Shown: positions 9,001 to 18,969 of the stretch, piece by piece
Numbering within the stretch: the stretch's first letter is position 1
How the letters are laid out: each line of letters begins with the position of its first letter
Notes under the pieces: model-generated
Seen by the model: the letters and a program-made list of their open reading frames with translations, nothing else
Database searches by the model: none
What the model was told of the DNA's origin: nothing
Position numbers and translations under genes: made by a program
Origin: Gemmatimonadota bacterium
Lineage (GTDB): Bacteria; Gemmatimonadota; Gemmatimonadetes; Palauibacterales; Palauibacteraceae
Assembly: GCA_039589295.1 (NCBI GenBank)
Contig: JBDHHR010000005.1
Coordinates: forward strand, 4,919 to 68,918
DNA: 64,000 nucleotides
Direction of reading: 5' to 3'

Positions 9001-10032
9001 TCAGATCGAGACGGCGGGAACCTCCTGCACCGCCCTCAGGGTCTCCCATACCGGCTCCAGGTCCGGCATCGGGATACTCAGGTGGAAGTCCGGCAACCCT
9101 TCGATGTCCACGTCCAGGTCCGGGCCGAAGTAGAATCCCTGCACGTCCCCCTCCTCCGACCTCCAGGTGTCGAGCTTCGAGTCGGGGAGTTCCACGGTGA
9201 ACGTCCGCTCGCGCTTGTCACGTAGAACGCGGAGGGCCACGGGCCCCGCCTCTGCCCTGCGCACCAGCCGCATCAGGTCACGGGGGTCCTCGACGTCGTC
9301 GCCGTCGATCGCCAGTACTACGTCGCCGGCCTTCAAGCCCGCCTTCGCCGCGGCTGACTCCTCGGCCACCGATGTCACGAGCACTCCGGTACGGTCGCCG
9401 AGACCGAAGTACTCACCTAGCTGGTCACCGAGACTCTGGATGCTTACCCCGAGGCGGCCCCGCCCGCCGAAGGCCATGAAGGTGTGAACGTCCGGTGCGC
9501 CACGCATCCGGATCCTCATGTCCTGCATGTTGTCCCGCTGCCTCTCGAGCCGCTCGCGCAGTTCCTCGCCGAAATGCTCGCCCCGGTCGGAACGGAAGTC
9601 GTACACTCGGGCAAGGGAGCGGCGCTCACCCAGCTCGAGAGATATCGTCCGCTGGGATCCGTCACGGATGAGGTCCAGGCTCACATCGCGACCGGGCGGC
9701 GTCTCATTGAGGATCCGCCGCAGCTGGGCGGCGCTCTCGATTCTCTCCCCGTTCAAGGAGACGATAACGTCATCCTCCTGAAGGCCCGCGTCTGTGGCCG
9801 GGCCTTCTTCCGCCACGTCCTGAATCAGGACGCCGTGCTCCTCACCCAGTCCGAGCCGCTCGACCACCTCGCGGTCGACATCGGAGATGTAAACGCCCAG
9901 ATAGCCGCCGTGCCCCGAGGCAAGGGCTCGCACACGCGGCTCCGGCTTCTCCTGCGCCCGCAGAGAGCCGGCCACCCCGGCCACCAGGCCTAGCCCGACC
10001 AAGCCGAGAGTCAGTTTCAACGCGGTATTCAT
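9001..10032 (-). CDS. Secreted protein with two PDZ domains
   Basis: A signal peptide (MNTALKLTLGLVGLGLVAGVAGSLRAQ) is followed by two PDZ-like segments (GVLIQDVAEEGPATDAGLQEDDVIVSLNGERI and GVLVTSVAEESAAAKAGLKAGDVVLAIDGDDV). The start was placed at M15 with an AGGAG RBS. Confidence 0.75.
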   Translation of the reverse strand: MNTALKLTLGLVGLGLVAGVAGSLRAQEKPEPRVRALASGHGGYLGVYISDVDREVVERLGLGEEHGVLIQDVAEEGPATDAGLQEDDVIVSLNGERIESAAQLRRILNETPPGRDVSLDLIRDGSQRTISLELGERRSLARVYDFRSDRGEHFGEELRERLERQRDNMQDMRIRMRGAPDVHTFMAFGGRGRLGVSIQSLGDQLGEYFGLGDRTGVLVTSVAEESAAAKAGLKAGDVVLAIDGDDVEDPRDLMRLVRRAEAGPVALRVLRDKRERTFTVELPDSKLDTWRSEEGDVQGFYFGPDLDVDIEGLPDFHLSIPMPDLEPVWETLRAVQEVPAVSI

Positions 10033-10155
10033 TCTCCCATTGCTCCTGTTGCCATTCACTCCCAACCAAACCACACCCGAGGTGCGGCCGGCGCCGACTT
10101 TTCTCGCAGCCGTCTCGTAAGCTTGGACAGCGGAGGGCAGGCACGCGTTGCCCGC

Positions 10156-11052
10156 TCAGGAAGCTATGCACAGGAGCGCTGCGGGCTGTATCCGGAACTT
10201 CGCGGCCCCTTCATGCCACGTCTCTCCGTCCACGTTGAGCCACATTCCCGGAGTGGATTCGACGGTGACTTCCCGGGCCTGACGGTGGAGGACATGACGG
10301 GAATCGGTGTGCCGCCCCACAAGCAGGCGAGGGACGAGAGTCGCCAGATGCGGCCAGGCAACCGCGCGGATCACCACCAGATCCAGAAGACCGTCGTCCA
10401 GTCGGGCGGAGGGAGCGAAGGGAATCCGTCCACCGGCGAAACGGCCGTTGGCCACGATCACCATGTACGCGTCTTCATCCAGGGCTTCTCCCTGATCGAT
10501 CACCAGCCGGGTCCGGTAAGGGCGGATCTCCGCCAGTTCGGAGACGGCGGCACGGATGTAGGCGAGGGCGCGCCAGCGGCGGCGGAGCCCTCCATCCATT
10601 CGCTCGGAGATGCGGCCGCAGAACCCTCCAACGGCGGCGTTCGCCACGAAGGTCGCCGCGCAGCGGACGTCGCCGGCGAGCGTCGTCGCCCTAATCAGGT
10701 CCACCCTGCGAGTCAGGCCGCGGCGCACGACCTTCAGGGCTTCGGTGAGCTCCAGGGGAATCCCCACAGAGCGGGCCAGATCGTTCCCTGTGCCAATGGG
10801 CAGCAGACCGACCTCGACCGACGCCGACGAGGCCGCCAGCCCACCGACAACTTCGTTGACAGTGCCATCGCCACCCGCTACCACGATGCGTTCGTAACCC
10901 GCCTCCACCGCGTCCACCGCCAAGCGCGAGGCATGGCCAGGCGCGGCGGTCGTCTTGATCTCCGCCTGGAGAGCCTTCTCCACACGGGTGCGAAAGGCGG
11001 TCTGGTCAAGCCCGCCTCCGGCAACTGGATTAAGGATGACGAGCGTCCTCAC
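10156..11052 (-). CDS. Diacylglycerol kinase-family lipid kinase (YegS/DgkA catalytic domain family)
   Basis: Motifs VILNPVAGGG, RIVVAGGDGTVNEVV and LLPIGTGNDLARSVG are present, the classic DAGK_cat domain. It uses a GTG start. Confidence 0.85.
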   Translation of the reverse strand: MRTLVILNPVAGGGLDQTAFRTRVEKALQAEIKTTAAPGHASRLAVDAVEAGYERIVVAGGDGTVNEVVGGLAASSASVEVGLLPIGTGNDLARSVGIPLELTEALKVVRRGLTRRVDLIRATTLAGDVRCAATFVANAAVGGFCGRISERMDGGLRRRWRALAYIRAAVSELAEIRPYRTRLVIDQGEALDEDAYMVIVANGRFAGGRIPFAPSARLDDGLLDLVVIRAVAWPHLATLVPRLLVGRHTDSRHVLHRQAREVTVESTPGMWLNVDGETWHEGAAKFRIQPAALLCIAS

Positions 11053-11154
11053 CGCAGGCTACCTTGCCCGGCGGGTGTACGCGGTCGACTCCCCATGACG
11101 GGGCGCAGGCCTCCGGATAGTCCTCCCGGAAGAGGTCGTGATCGGGAGAAAGGG

Positions 11155-11928
11155 ATGCACGAGGGCAGAAGCGAGACGGCCCGGTCGGGCATCGGTCCCC
11201 TCGCCGCGGCAGCGGGCCTTGTCCGGACCGCCAGGAATATCGCCGTGCTCACGGGCGCCGGCGTGTCGGCTGAGAGCGGCGTTCCGACCTTCCGCGGCGC
11301 CGGCGGCCTGTGGCGGGGCCGGCGGGCGGAAGACTTGGCCACTCCTCTGGCGTTCCGGCGGGACCCCGAGCAGGTGTGGGATTTCTACCGCTGGCGCATG
11401 GAGAGGCTTGACGGAGTGGAGCCCAACGCCGGTCATTTCGCCCTCGCGGCGCTGGGCAGGTGGGCCGAGCGCTTCTGGCTGATCACCCAGAACGTGGACG
11501 GACTGCACACGGCGGCCGGGAGCCGTGAGGTGATCGAGCTCCATGGCAGTCTTCGTACCGCTCGCTGCCGGACCTGCCCGTACCGCTGCCCCATGCTCGA
11601 GGCGAGCACCAGCCCGCTGCCGGAATGTCCGCGCTGCGGCGATCTCCTCCGTCCGGCCGTCGTATGGTTCGGGGAGGCGCTGCCGGAAGATGCGCTGGCG
11701 GCGGCCGGGCAGGCGATCGCCGGGTGCAGCCTCATGCTGGTCGTCGGGACGTCGGGGGTGGTGGAGCCTGCCTCTTCCTTCGCTGCTCTGGCTCGCCGCC
11801 GTGGAGCGCGGATCGTAGAGATCAACCTCGAGCCCACGCCCATTTCCAGGGCGGCGAATGTTAGCATCTTCGGCAGGTCCGGCGAGATCCTCCCCGACCT
11901 GGTAGGACTGGTGACCCGCGGCTCCTGA
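11155..11928 (+). CDS. cobB: NAD-dependent protein deacylase, Sir2/CobB family
   Basis: Motifs GAGVSAESGVPTFRG and ITQNVDGLH are present, plus a Zn-ribbon (CRTCPYRC...CPRCG). Length is 257 aa. The start was calculated from the track ORF end. The 343-codon N-terminal extension of the track ORF 10123..11928 is antisense to the DagK gene. By my own nucleotide counting the ATG lands 1 nt earlier; I defer to the ORF track. Confidence 0.85.
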   Translation: MHEGRSETARSGIGPLAAAAGLVRTARNIAVLTGAGVSAESGVPTFRGAGGLWRGRRAEDLATPLAFRRDPEQVWDFYRWRMERLDGVEPNAGHFALAALGRWAERFWLITQNVDGLHTAAGSREVIELHGSLRTARCRTCPYRCPMLEASTSPLPECPRCGDLLRPAVVWFGEALPEDALAAAGQAIAGCSLMLVVGTSGVVEPASSFAALARRRGARIVEINLEPTPISRAANVSIFGRSGEILPDLVGLVTRGS

Positions 11929-11937
11929 TCCGATCGT

Positions 11938-12609
11938 TCACGGAGAGACCCGCTGCACAGACTCGAGAAAGGCGACCAGCTTCGATTTGTCCAGACGGTC
12001 GTCAGTCCGCACGCCTGTGCACGTGTCCACACCGTACGGTCTGACGAGCCTGATCGCGTCGGCCACGTTGTGCGATGTCAACCCGCCGGCGAGAAGCACG
12101 GGCCGATCGAGTTCCTCCACGATCCGCTGACTGATCGTCCAGTCGTGCGTCTGGCCGGTTCCGGAAACCCACCTGTGCGGGACTGCGGGGTTCCCGGAGT
12201 CGAGCACAACGGCGTCTACCCTCGGGGCAATCTCCCGGGCTTCTACCTCGGCCATCGAGTCCCTGACGTGAATCACCTGGACGAGCGAGACGCCCGGAAG
12301 CGCACGGCGCAAGTGATCGTAGTCGTCAGACGCCAGCCGGTCCCACAACTGGAGCGTATTCACCCCCGTGCTCCGCTGCTTCTCCACGAGCGCGGCGACC
12401 TCGGTCCCGCTCGTCAGCAGGAAGGTGCCGACCGCGCTCGGCACGGACGCCACGATTCCCGCGATGCGGTCGAGACCTATCTCGCCCGGCCCGCTGGGCA
12501 TCCCGGACACCATTCCGACCGCGGCGGCGCCGAACTGCAGCGCCAACCGGGCCTCTTCAGGTGACTGCACGCAACAGATCTTGACCTGTATCGGGGAGAT
12601 CACGCTCAT
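11938..12609 (-). CDS. trpF: Phosphoribosylanthranilate isomerase
   Basis: A 223-aa TIM-barrel protein with KICCVQSPEEARLA near the N-terminus and a conserved ...DSG.P... core. The start was placed at the internal ATG (MSVISPIQVKICC). Confidence 0.8.
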   Translation of the reverse strand: MSVISPIQVKICCVQSPEEARLALQFGAAAVGMVSGMPSGPGEIGLDRIAGIVASVPSAVGTFLLTSGTEVAALVEKQRSTGVNTLQLWDRLASDDYDHLRRALPGVSLVQVIHVRDSMAEVEAREIAPRVDAVVLDSGNPAVPHRWVSGTGQTHDWTISQRIVEELDRPVLLAGGLTSHNVADAIRLVRPYGVDTCTGVRTDDRLDKSKLVAFLESVQRVSP

Positions 12610-13040
12610 CTCGATCGCTCCCTGAGTGCTGCGGCGTGTGGCGGCCGAGCGTGGCCGACGGACCATCTCAGCAATATCTGGATACGAGGCCCCGCGGGCC
12701 AGAGTCGGTAGGCGGCCGCCGGAGCCGGGCCCTGCCGGTTCCGGAACGTCCTCGGGGTCTCCAAGAGGAGGCCGTCGAGGTAGATGTGCACTCGCTCGCG
12801 GCGGACGCGGGCCACGCCGAGTCCGACATACAACCTCTCATGGAGCAGCACCTCGTATCCATCGAGGCCCTCCGCCTCGGATCCCCGTGCCGCGCGTGCA
12901 CGTTCGATCAAGCGGTGTGCGCCGGGGTCGGCGTAGGTATCTGCCGGGATGGTGTCGGCACACGCCGACTGATTAGCGCGGACCACGGTTCCGAGCTGGA
13001 GGGCAGCGATGGCAAGGGCTGTGAGCCAGGGCAAAGGCAC
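12606..13040 (-). CDS. Hypothetical secreted protein
   Basis: The 144-aa ORF has a signal-peptide-like N-terminus (MPLPWLTALAIAALQLGTVVRA). Its stop overlaps the trpF start (ATGA-type coupling). No family recognised. Confidence 0.35.
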   Translation of the reverse strand: MPLPWLTALAIAALQLGTVVRANQSACADTIPADTYADPGAHRLIERARAARGSEAEGLDGYEVLLHERLYVGLGVARVRRERVHIYLDGLLLETPRTFRNRQGPAPAAAYRLWPAGPRIQILLRWSVGHARPPHAAALRERSR

Positions 13041-13204
13041 TGTCTCCTCGGTTGCATGGTCCTGTTATCTTTCCCCCGCTCCCGTAAGCCGCCGCCGGAT
13101 GGCTGGTTTCACGGACGAAACCCGAGCCGACGAGGCGGCACGCCGCCGACTGACCAGGAAAACCAGATCGGCCGGGAGACACCCGCCAGCGAGGGAAAGA
13201 GCCG

Positions 13205-14572
13205 ATGCCTATCGTTAGCCGCTATCCGGCCACCGGGGAGCTCATCCAGTCCTACGACGAGCATACCCCCGAGGAGGTCGAACAGGCACTGGAGAGAGCT
13301 GTGGACTCCTACCGCTCGTACCGGCTGAGCCCCGTCGACGAGCGGGCTTCAACCCTGCTGCGCGCCGCCGAGCTACTCGTCCGGAGGAGAGAGGATCTGG
13401 GCGAGCTAATGGCCCGTGAGATGGGCAAACCGATCGGTGCAGCGGTAGCCGAGGTCGAGAAGTGCGCCCTGGTATGCCGTTACTACGCGGAGCACGGACC
13501 CTCCTTTCTGGCGGACGAGCAGGTGGAGACGAGCGCCCGGCGCAGCTGGGTACGGTACGAACCTCTGGGTGTGGTATTCGCCATTATGCCGTGGAACTTC
13601 CCCTTCTGGCAGGTCTTTCGCTTCGCCGCCCCTGCCCTGATGGCCGGTAACGTCGGGCTCCTCAAGCATGCCTCCAACGTGCCGGGGTGTGCGCTCGAGA
13701 TGGAGAGGCTGCTGGCCGACGCCGGGCTCCACCGGGGCGTGTTCCAGACCCTTCTCATCAGTTCCGGGCGGGTCCAGGGTGTGCTGGAGGACCGGCGTGT
13801 GGCCGCGGTCACTCTGACGGGCAGCGAGCCGGCAGGACGCGCGGTCGCCCGCACGGCAGGAGAGAATCTGAAGAAGACGGTGCTGGAACTTGGAGGCAGC
13901 GACCCCTTCATCGTCATGCCCAGCGCCGACCTGGCCGCCGCCGCTCGAACCGCCGTCAGGGCCCGGGTCATCAACAACGGACAGTCGTGCATCGCGGCGA
14001 AGCGTTTCCTCGTCCATGAGGAGGTCGCCGACGTGTTCGAGCGGCTGTTCGTCTCCGGCATGGCGGAGCTTCGGGTGGGCGACCCCCTCGACCCGGCGAC
14101 GGATGTGGGTCCCCTGGCTACGCAGGCGATCCGCGACGAGCTGCACCGGCAGGTGCAGGAAACTGTCCGGGCCGGGGCACGCGTGCTCCTCGGAGGAGTG
14201 CTTCCGGAAGGCCCGGGGTACTTCTATCCACCCACCGTTCTCACGGAGGTGCCAGCCGGATCCCCCGCACACCGGGAGGAGCTCTTCGGTCCGGTGGCGG
14301 CCCTCTTCCGTGTGTCGTCGGCTGAGGACGCCGTACGGGTGGCCAACGACACGGACTTCGGCCTCGGTGCTGCGGCGTGGACCGCCTCGGATGCCGAGTC
14401 GCAGATGTTCGTGGCCGAACTGGAAGCCGGATCGGTCTTCGTCAACGGCATGGTGGCCTCGGATCCGCGCCTTCCGTTCGGTGGGGTGAAATCCTCCGGC
14501 CATGGGCGTGAGCTGGGCATCTTCGGCCTGCGGGAGTTCCTCAACATCAAGACCGTGTGGATCGAGAGTTGA
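13205..14572 (+). CDS. NAD(P)-dependent succinate-semialdehyde dehydrogenase (aldehyde dehydrogenase superfamily, short GabD/Sad-like)
   Basis: The ALDH signatures VLELGGSDP (Glu active site) and INNGQSCIAAKRF (Cys active site) are present. Length is 455 aa. A GAGGGAAAGAG RBS lies upstream. Confidence 0.85.
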   Translation: MPIVSRYPATGELIQSYDEHTPEEVEQALERAVDSYRSYRLSPVDERASTLLRAAELLVRRREDLGELMAREMGKPIGAAVAEVEKCALVCRYYAEHGPSFLADEQVETSARRSWVRYEPLGVVFAIMPWNFPFWQVFRFAAPALMAGNVGLLKHASNVPGCALEMERLLADAGLHRGVFQTLLISSGRVQGVLEDRRVAAVTLTGSEPAGRAVARTAGENLKKTVLELGGSDPFIVMPSADLAAAARTAVRARVINNGQSCIAAKRFLVHEEVADVFERLFVSGMAELRVGDPLDPATDVGPLATQAIRDELHRQVQETVRAGARVLLGGVLPEGPGYFYPPTVLTEVPAGSPAHREELFGPVAALFRVSSAEDAVRVANDTDFGLGAAAWTASDAESQMFVAELEAGSVFVNGMVASDPRLPFGGVKSSGHGRELGIFGLREFLNIKTVWIES

Positions 14573-14712
14573 TTCGCTCGGCCACCGACGGGCCTGGTTG
14601 CCCGACCGTCAATGAGCCTGCAGGTTGTTCAGGTGCCGCGGAAGCGGCGCAAATGGAGGCCGCGACCGCTCCCTCCTGAGCTCGAGAACGGACCACCAGA
14701 TAGCGAAACGTC

Positions 14713-15210
14713 ATGATCACCCAGCGACTTCAAGAAGAGTTCAACGAGCAGATCAAGTACGAGCTGTACTCGGCCTACATGTACATGGCCATGTCCGCCT
14801 ACTGTTCCGACCGCAACCTGTCCGGTTTCGCGCACTGGATGCGAATGCAGGCGGAGGAGGAAGTGGATCACGCCATGCGATTCTACAACTTCCTGCTCGA
14901 AAGGGGCGGCCGGGTGGAGCTGCAGGCCATCGACCGACCGCCCGTCGAGTACGGATCGCCCCTTCAGGTAATGGAGAAGTCTCTGGAACACGAGCGTTTC
15001 GTCACCTCGCGAATCAACCAGCTCTACGACGTCGCGGTGGAGGAAGCAGATCATCCGGCGGCGGTGATGCTCCAGTGGTTCATTACCGAGCAGGTCGAAG
15101 AGGAAGCCACTATCGACGAGATAGTGCAGCGCATGAAGATGTTCGGAGAGGAGGGCCCGGCTCTTCTCATGGTCGACAGCCAGCTCGGCGCCCGGACCAC
15201 TACCGAGTGA
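14713..15210 (+). CDS. ftn: Non-heme ferritin
   Basis: A 165-aa ferritin-like di-iron protein ([15 protein letters not shown]..., [10 protein letters not shown], and the E..H ferroxidase residues). Confidence 0.88.
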   Translation: MITQRLQEEFNEQIKYELYSAYMYMAMSAYCSDRNLSGFAHWMRMQAEEEVDHAMRFYNFLLERGGRVELQAIDRPPVEYGSPLQVMEKSLEHERFVTSRINQLYDVAVEEADHPAAVMLQWFITEQVEEEATIDEIVQRMKMFGEEGPALLMVDSQLGARTTTE

Positions 15211-15220
15211 AGGTGCAACG

Positions 15221-15748
15221 GTGAAAAGGCGGATCGTGCTCATTGCCCTGCCAATGGCGATCGCGTCGTGCGGCCGGGGCGATGCCGGCCGTACGGAATC
15301 CCGCGAGTCCGAGGTTGCCGACGCGGGGGCACGGGCCGGTGTGGCGGAAGTGCACGAATCCGCTGTTCCGGAGGAGTTCGCGGAGGAGCTCGGCATCGAT
15401 TTGAGCGCCATGCGGAGCACCGCATCCGGCCTGTACATCCAGGATCTGGAGGACGGACGAGGGCTGGGGGCCCGAGCGGGGCACGTTCTGTACGTTCACT
15501 ACACCGGCTGGCTGCCCAACGGTGAGAAGTTCGACGGCAGCCTGGACCGCAACCAGCCTTTCGACTTCCAGCTGGGTGCGGAGCAGGTTATCCGTGGGTG
15601 GGAAGAAGGGATCGCGGGCATGCGCATCGGAGGCAAGAGGCGCCTGGTAATCCCGCCGCACCTCGCTTACGGGGCGCGGGGGCGAGGACCCATTCCGCCC
15701 AACGCGACGCTGATCTTCGAGATAGAGCTGCTGGACATCAAGATGTAG
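15221..15748 (+). CDS. FKBP-type peptidyl-prolyl cis-trans isomerase, lipoprotein
   Basis: The lipobox IASCG follows the signal peptide. The FKBP core is present ([63 protein letters not shown]). Confidence 0.88.
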   Translation: MKRRIVLIALPMAIASCGRGDAGRTESRESEVADAGARAGVAEVHESAVPEEFAEELGIDLSAMRSTASGLYIQDLEDGRGLGARAGHVLYVHYTGWLPNGEKFDGSLDRNQPFDFQLGAEQVIRGWEEGIAGMRIGGKRRLVIPPHLAYGARGRGPIPPNATLIFEIELLDIKM

Positions 15749-16010
15749 GATTGGAGGCCAGAACCAGGGCAGTGGCCAACGTGCCGCCTCCGTACACCAA
15801 TGCCAGCGGCAGCCAGGTCTTCCAGACCACAAGGGCGTACCACGGTGCGGCCGCCAGAGTCAATGGCAGTACGGCCGAGGCCGCCACCACCCCCCACAGG
15901 CCGGCCGCCTGGCGGGCCAGTTCGAGGCCCACCACCAGCGCCGACAGGCCGGCCACTCCCCAGCCGGCGAATCCGGCGTAACGAGCTAGCGATCCCGGCA
16001 CCTGTCTCAT
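15738..16010 (-). CDS. Hypothetical small membrane protein (3 predicted TM helices)
   Basis: The 90-aa ORF is hydrophobic throughout and lies between FKBP and the UbiA gene. No family recognised, and it could be a GC-driven shadow. Confidence 0.3.
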   Translation of the reverse strand: MRQVPGSLARYAGFAGWGVAGLSALVVGLELARQAAGLWGVVAASAVLPLTLAAAPWYALVVWKTWLPLALVYGGGTLATALVLASNPTS

Positions 16011-16235
16011 ACGTTTCCTCCTGCACAGCGTGCGTCCGGGTCATCTTGTCCCGATGCGGGATTCAATCCGTGCGCATGAGATGGGGCAGGAACACGACCA
16101 CGGGCGCGCGTTTGCGTAAGATGAGTACCTGTCTCTAGTTACTCGGTTTTCCACATTTGCCCGGGGGAGCCCCCGGGCGTGACTCTTTGCAGGAATGCGA
16201 CTCGAATTGCCCGGCCTGAGCGAAGAGCGGGCCGA

Positions 16236-17135
16236 CTAGAGCCCCAGCCAAGCCCCCGCAGCCAGGCCCGCCGCCAGCAGGAAGCCTGTGGACAGGTTCC
16301 ATTGGACGTTGGCCGCCAGGGCCGGCACCGGAACCCGCTCTGCGGGGGATCTAAACACCCAGCCCAGAGGCCTTCGCAGCGCCATCGACGGGAGCACTCC
16401 CAGCAGCGCACTCGGGGGAAAGACCTCTACCAGAACCGCCGCTACTATCCAAACGGGCGTGGCCAGCGCCGCGACAGCGTAGAGAGATGCCGCCCGCTGT
16501 CGTCCCAACCGGATCACCAGGTGGCGCCTGCCGCCGTGTCGATCCGCCTCTTCGTCCGGAAACTCGTTGAGGAGAAGGAGGTCGAAGGTCATAAGGGTGG
16601 CGGGAACGGCGGCTGCGGCGGCCGCCAGGCCGAGCCCGCCGCCCTGCACCAGCGCCGTGCCCAGAACCGGCAGACCACCCAGACCCAGGCCGGCCGAGAC
16701 CTCACCCACGCCCAGGCGCGTGAGCACGTCAGTGTACAGCAGGACGCAGAGTGCGCCCAGCACCAGGATGGGGAGCAGTTGCAGCCCCACCGTGGCAAGG
16801 AAGTAGACCCCAATGACGGCTCCCGTCACCGCCGAACCGGCTGCGAGTCCCTTCGCGGCCCGCACCGTCAGCTCACCGCCCGGAAGCGTGCCCGAGCCTC
16901 CGCTGAAAGGAGTCCGCCGGGTCCTGAGGTCGATCCCCGTGTGCAGGTCGCTTATCTCGTTGAGCGCGTTGACCGCCACGTGCATCGCCAGCAGCCCGAT
17001 GAGCGCCAGGCCGGTTGCACGCCAGTCGAAGGATCCGTCGTACGCCGCGGCTGAGGCACCGGCCGCCACCAGGGCCACCGGGAGGGCTAGAAACGGTGCA
17101 CGCGCAACCGCGAGCACAGCGCTCAATCGACTCAT
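16236..17135 (-). CDS. UbiA-family aromatic prenyltransferase (MenA/1,4-dihydroxy-2-naphthoate prenyltransferase-like)
   Basis: A 299-aa polytopic protein with the first Asp-rich motif NEISDLHTGID and a second FPDEEADRHGG. Its size and motifs are as in MenA/UbiA. Confidence 0.8.
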   Translation of the reverse strand: MSRLSAVLAVARAPFLALPVALVAAGASAAAYDGSFDWRATGLALIGLLAMHVAVNALNEISDLHTGIDLRTRRTPFSGGSGTLPGGELTVRAAKGLAAGSAVTGAVIGVYFLATVGLQLLPILVLGALCVLLYTDVLTRLGVGEVSAGLGLGGLPVLGTALVQGGGLGLAAAAAAVPATLMTFDLLLLNEFPDEEADRHGGRRHLVIRLGRQRAASLYAVAALATPVWIVAAVLVEVFPPSALLGVLPSMALRRPLGWVFRSPAERVPVPALAANVQWNLSTGFLLAAGLAAGAWLGL

Positions 17136-17247
17136 CGATCAGCCTCCTTGAGCATACCCTCCCCTTCCCCTCACCGAACGAAGATTCTAAGGTGGCGGGG
17201 TAGGCCGGCGTCGGCCAGCGCCCCGGTACTCTGCGCGAGGACAGAAC

Positions 17248-17661
17248 ATGCATCGGACGGGCCCGAGATCTAAGAAAGCCGGCCTCTCGGACGCCTATTG
17301 GCGTGAGAGGCTGACACCTGAGCAGTACCGCATCACGCGGCGAAAGGGGACCGAGGCTCCGTTTACGGGACGCTACCTGCACGTGATGGAAGAGGGCGTG
17401 TACTGCTGCGTATGCTGCCACAGCGAGCTTTTCCACTCAGATGCCAAGTTCGATTCAAGGAGCGGATGGCCGAGCTTCTTCCGACCCGTGGAAGCCGGCA
17501 GCGTGCGCACCGAGACAGACCGGAACCTTTCCATGGTACGAACCGAGGTGCTGTGCTCCAATTGCGACGCGCACCTCGGCCACGTATTCGAGGATGGACC
17601 GAAACCCACAGGGCAGCGTTATTGCATAAACTCGGCGGCTCTCGAACTGGACGAAGGTTGA
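17248..17661 (+). CDS. msrB: Peptide-methionine (R)-S-oxide reductase
   Basis: Two CxxC Zn pairs (CCVCC...CSNC) are present, along with the catalytic RYCINSAAL C-terminus. Length is 137 aa. Confidence 0.92.
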   Translation: MHRTGPRSKKAGLSDAYWRERLTPEQYRITRRKGTEAPFTGRYLHVMEEGVYCCVCCHSELFHSDAKFDSRSGWPSFFRPVEAGSVRTETDRNLSMVRTEVLCSNCDAHLGHVFEDGPKPTGQRYCINSAALELDEG

Positions 17662-17724
17662 CGGGGCGCTGCGAGGAGCCCCGCCGGACCGGGCAGCCGG
17701 CTTACCAACTGACGAGGAGAACCG

Positions 17725-18099
17725 ATGCTATCACCTGCCGTCTACAAGGTAGTACACCTGTTCGGCGTGCTCGTCGTATTCGTCTCCCTCGGAGCTCTAA
17801 GCCTGCACGCGATGAACGGAGGCACGAAGGAAAGCAACTCGGCACGCCGCCTGGTGAGCGCTTCATACGGTATCGGGTTGCTGCTCATCATCGTTGCCGG
17901 ATTCGGCTGGCTCGCCCAATCGGAGGCCCTGGCAGGAGGGGTTCCGGGTTGGGCCTGGGCGAAACTGGGAATCTGGCTGCTGGTGGGGGCCAGCCTGGCG
18001 CTCCCGTACCGCAGACCGCATCTGGCCCGCGCGCTGTGGGTTGTCGGCCCGCTGCTGGGAGCCGCGGCCGCGCTGCTGGCCATCACCAAGCCGTTCTGA
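17725..18099 (+). CDS. Hypothetical membrane protein (4 TM)
   Basis: The 124-aa ORF has four hydrophobic helices and a GAGGAG-like RBS (cgaggagaaccg atg). Confidence 0.5.
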   Translation: MLSPAVYKVVHLFGVLVVFVSLGALSLHAMNGGTKESNSARRLVSASYGIGLLLIIVAGFGWLAQSEALAGGVPGWAWAKLGIWLLVGASLALPYRRPHLARALWVVGPLLGAAAALLAITKPF

Positions 18100-18180
18100 G
18101 GGGCAGGAAAAGCCGGATGAAGCTGTCCGCACCCCCGGACGGCCGACATCACGACGGCCGGCGGGGCACATCGCCGTACT

Positions 18181-18969
18181 CTAGATGCAGGCCTGCTCCG
18201 GAAGTTCCACCGGGCGGAGGTTGTAGTTGCGGTCCAGAAGGGTGGCGCGGGTGGCCTCGAAGTACTCGTCCCAGAATCCCTTAACGCGCTGCGAGGCGTC
18301 CGTGTCCACCCGGGCGCCAACCACTACCACACACATGCCCGTGAGATCGGGCAGCGTCCCCTTGGCGCTCTCCGCCTGCACCCACCCGGCCGGCGGCATA
18401 CGGCGAAGACCCTCCATGTCGATGGTCCGGTTCGACTGAAGCATGTCGGAGAACATGTACAGAGTGGCGTCACGGCCGGGCACCGCCCTCACGTCTGCCG
18501 CCACGTCGTGCAGTGTCGAGAGAATGTCCGTTCCGTCGATGTTCTCGCGGTCCATCGTATCGGCGAAGGAGACCAGGAAATCCTGAGCATCCTTCAGGAA
18601 TCGCGCCCTCAGGATCGAGTCGCGAGACACCGACTGGTCGGTCCACTGTCGGTTGGGTACCGTCTCTGACCACCGCAGGGGCGGTTCTTCCAGCGAGAGC
18701 TGGAGAAGCTGATGCGCCGCGATTCGATCGCCATGATTCAGCTTGCGGATCCGGTCGTTGGTGAGCTGCCGGGCGATCTCGAGCTGGTGATTGGAGATGC
18801 TGGTCGAGCGATCGTAAACGAAGACCACGAGCTGCGGACGAGACCTCTTCAGTACCCCACCCTCGCCCTCCCCTCCTGCGGCGGTTCCCTCCTGTGTATC
18901 ACAAGCCGTGGTGAGGAACAGGGGGACTGTCAGCGTCAAGGCCGCCACCCTCATCGCGAACCTCACCAT
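18181..18969 (-). CDS. vWA (von Willebrand factor A, MIDAS-containing) domain lipoprotein
   Basis: The signal peptide carries the lipobox LTTAC. A vWA beta-strand with the MIDAS D-x-S-x-S motif (LVVFVYDRSTSIS) is present, together with GTDILSTL (MIDAS Thr loop) and LYMFSDML (MIDAS Asp loop). Its start overlaps the stop of the upstream 644-aa gene by 7 nt. Confidence 0.7.
   Translation of the reverse strand: MVRFAMRVAALTLTVPLFLTTACDTQEGTAAGGEGEGGVLKRSRPQLVVFVYDRSTSISNHQLEIARQLTNDRIRKLNHGDRIAAHQLLQLSLEEPPLRWSETVPNRQWTDQSVSRDSILRARFLKDAQDFLVSFADTMDRENIDGTDILSTLHDVAADVRAVPGRDATLYMFSDMLQSNRTIDMEGLRRMPPAGWVQAESAKGTLPDLTGMCVVVVGARVDTDASQRVKGFWDEYFEATRATLLDRNYNLRPVELPEQACI

Noticed and set aside
10123-11154. 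N-terminal 343 codons of the 601-aa track ORF that ends in the Sir2 domain
   Set aside because: This portion is antisense to the DagK-family gene (10156..11052) and has no protein-like composition. The sirtuin begins at the internal ATG (MHEGRSE...), giving a normal 257-aa CobB.
11097-11160. Apparent 1-nt discrepancy between my manual nucleotide indexing and the ORF-track frames/coordinates around 11100-11155
   Set aside because: It is most likely my own transcription or indexing slip in a G-run (gacgggcg). Coordinates elsewhere, checked at ~15 start/stop codons, agree exactly. I used ORF-track arithmetic for the affected gene start and did not treat this as a biological frameshift.
11155-11928. 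Sir2-domain protein as a possible antiphage (Thoeris/DSR/SIR2-HerA-like) effector
   Set aside because: It is a short stand-alone sirtuin with the CobB Zn-ribbon and canonical NAD-binding motifs. There is no partner TIR/HerA/STAND gene and no N-terminal extension, so it is a housekeeping deacylase.
14573-14712. Possible Fur box upstream of ferritin
   Set aside because: There is no convincing match to the GATAATGATAATCATTATC consensus; only scattered AT-rich hexamers.
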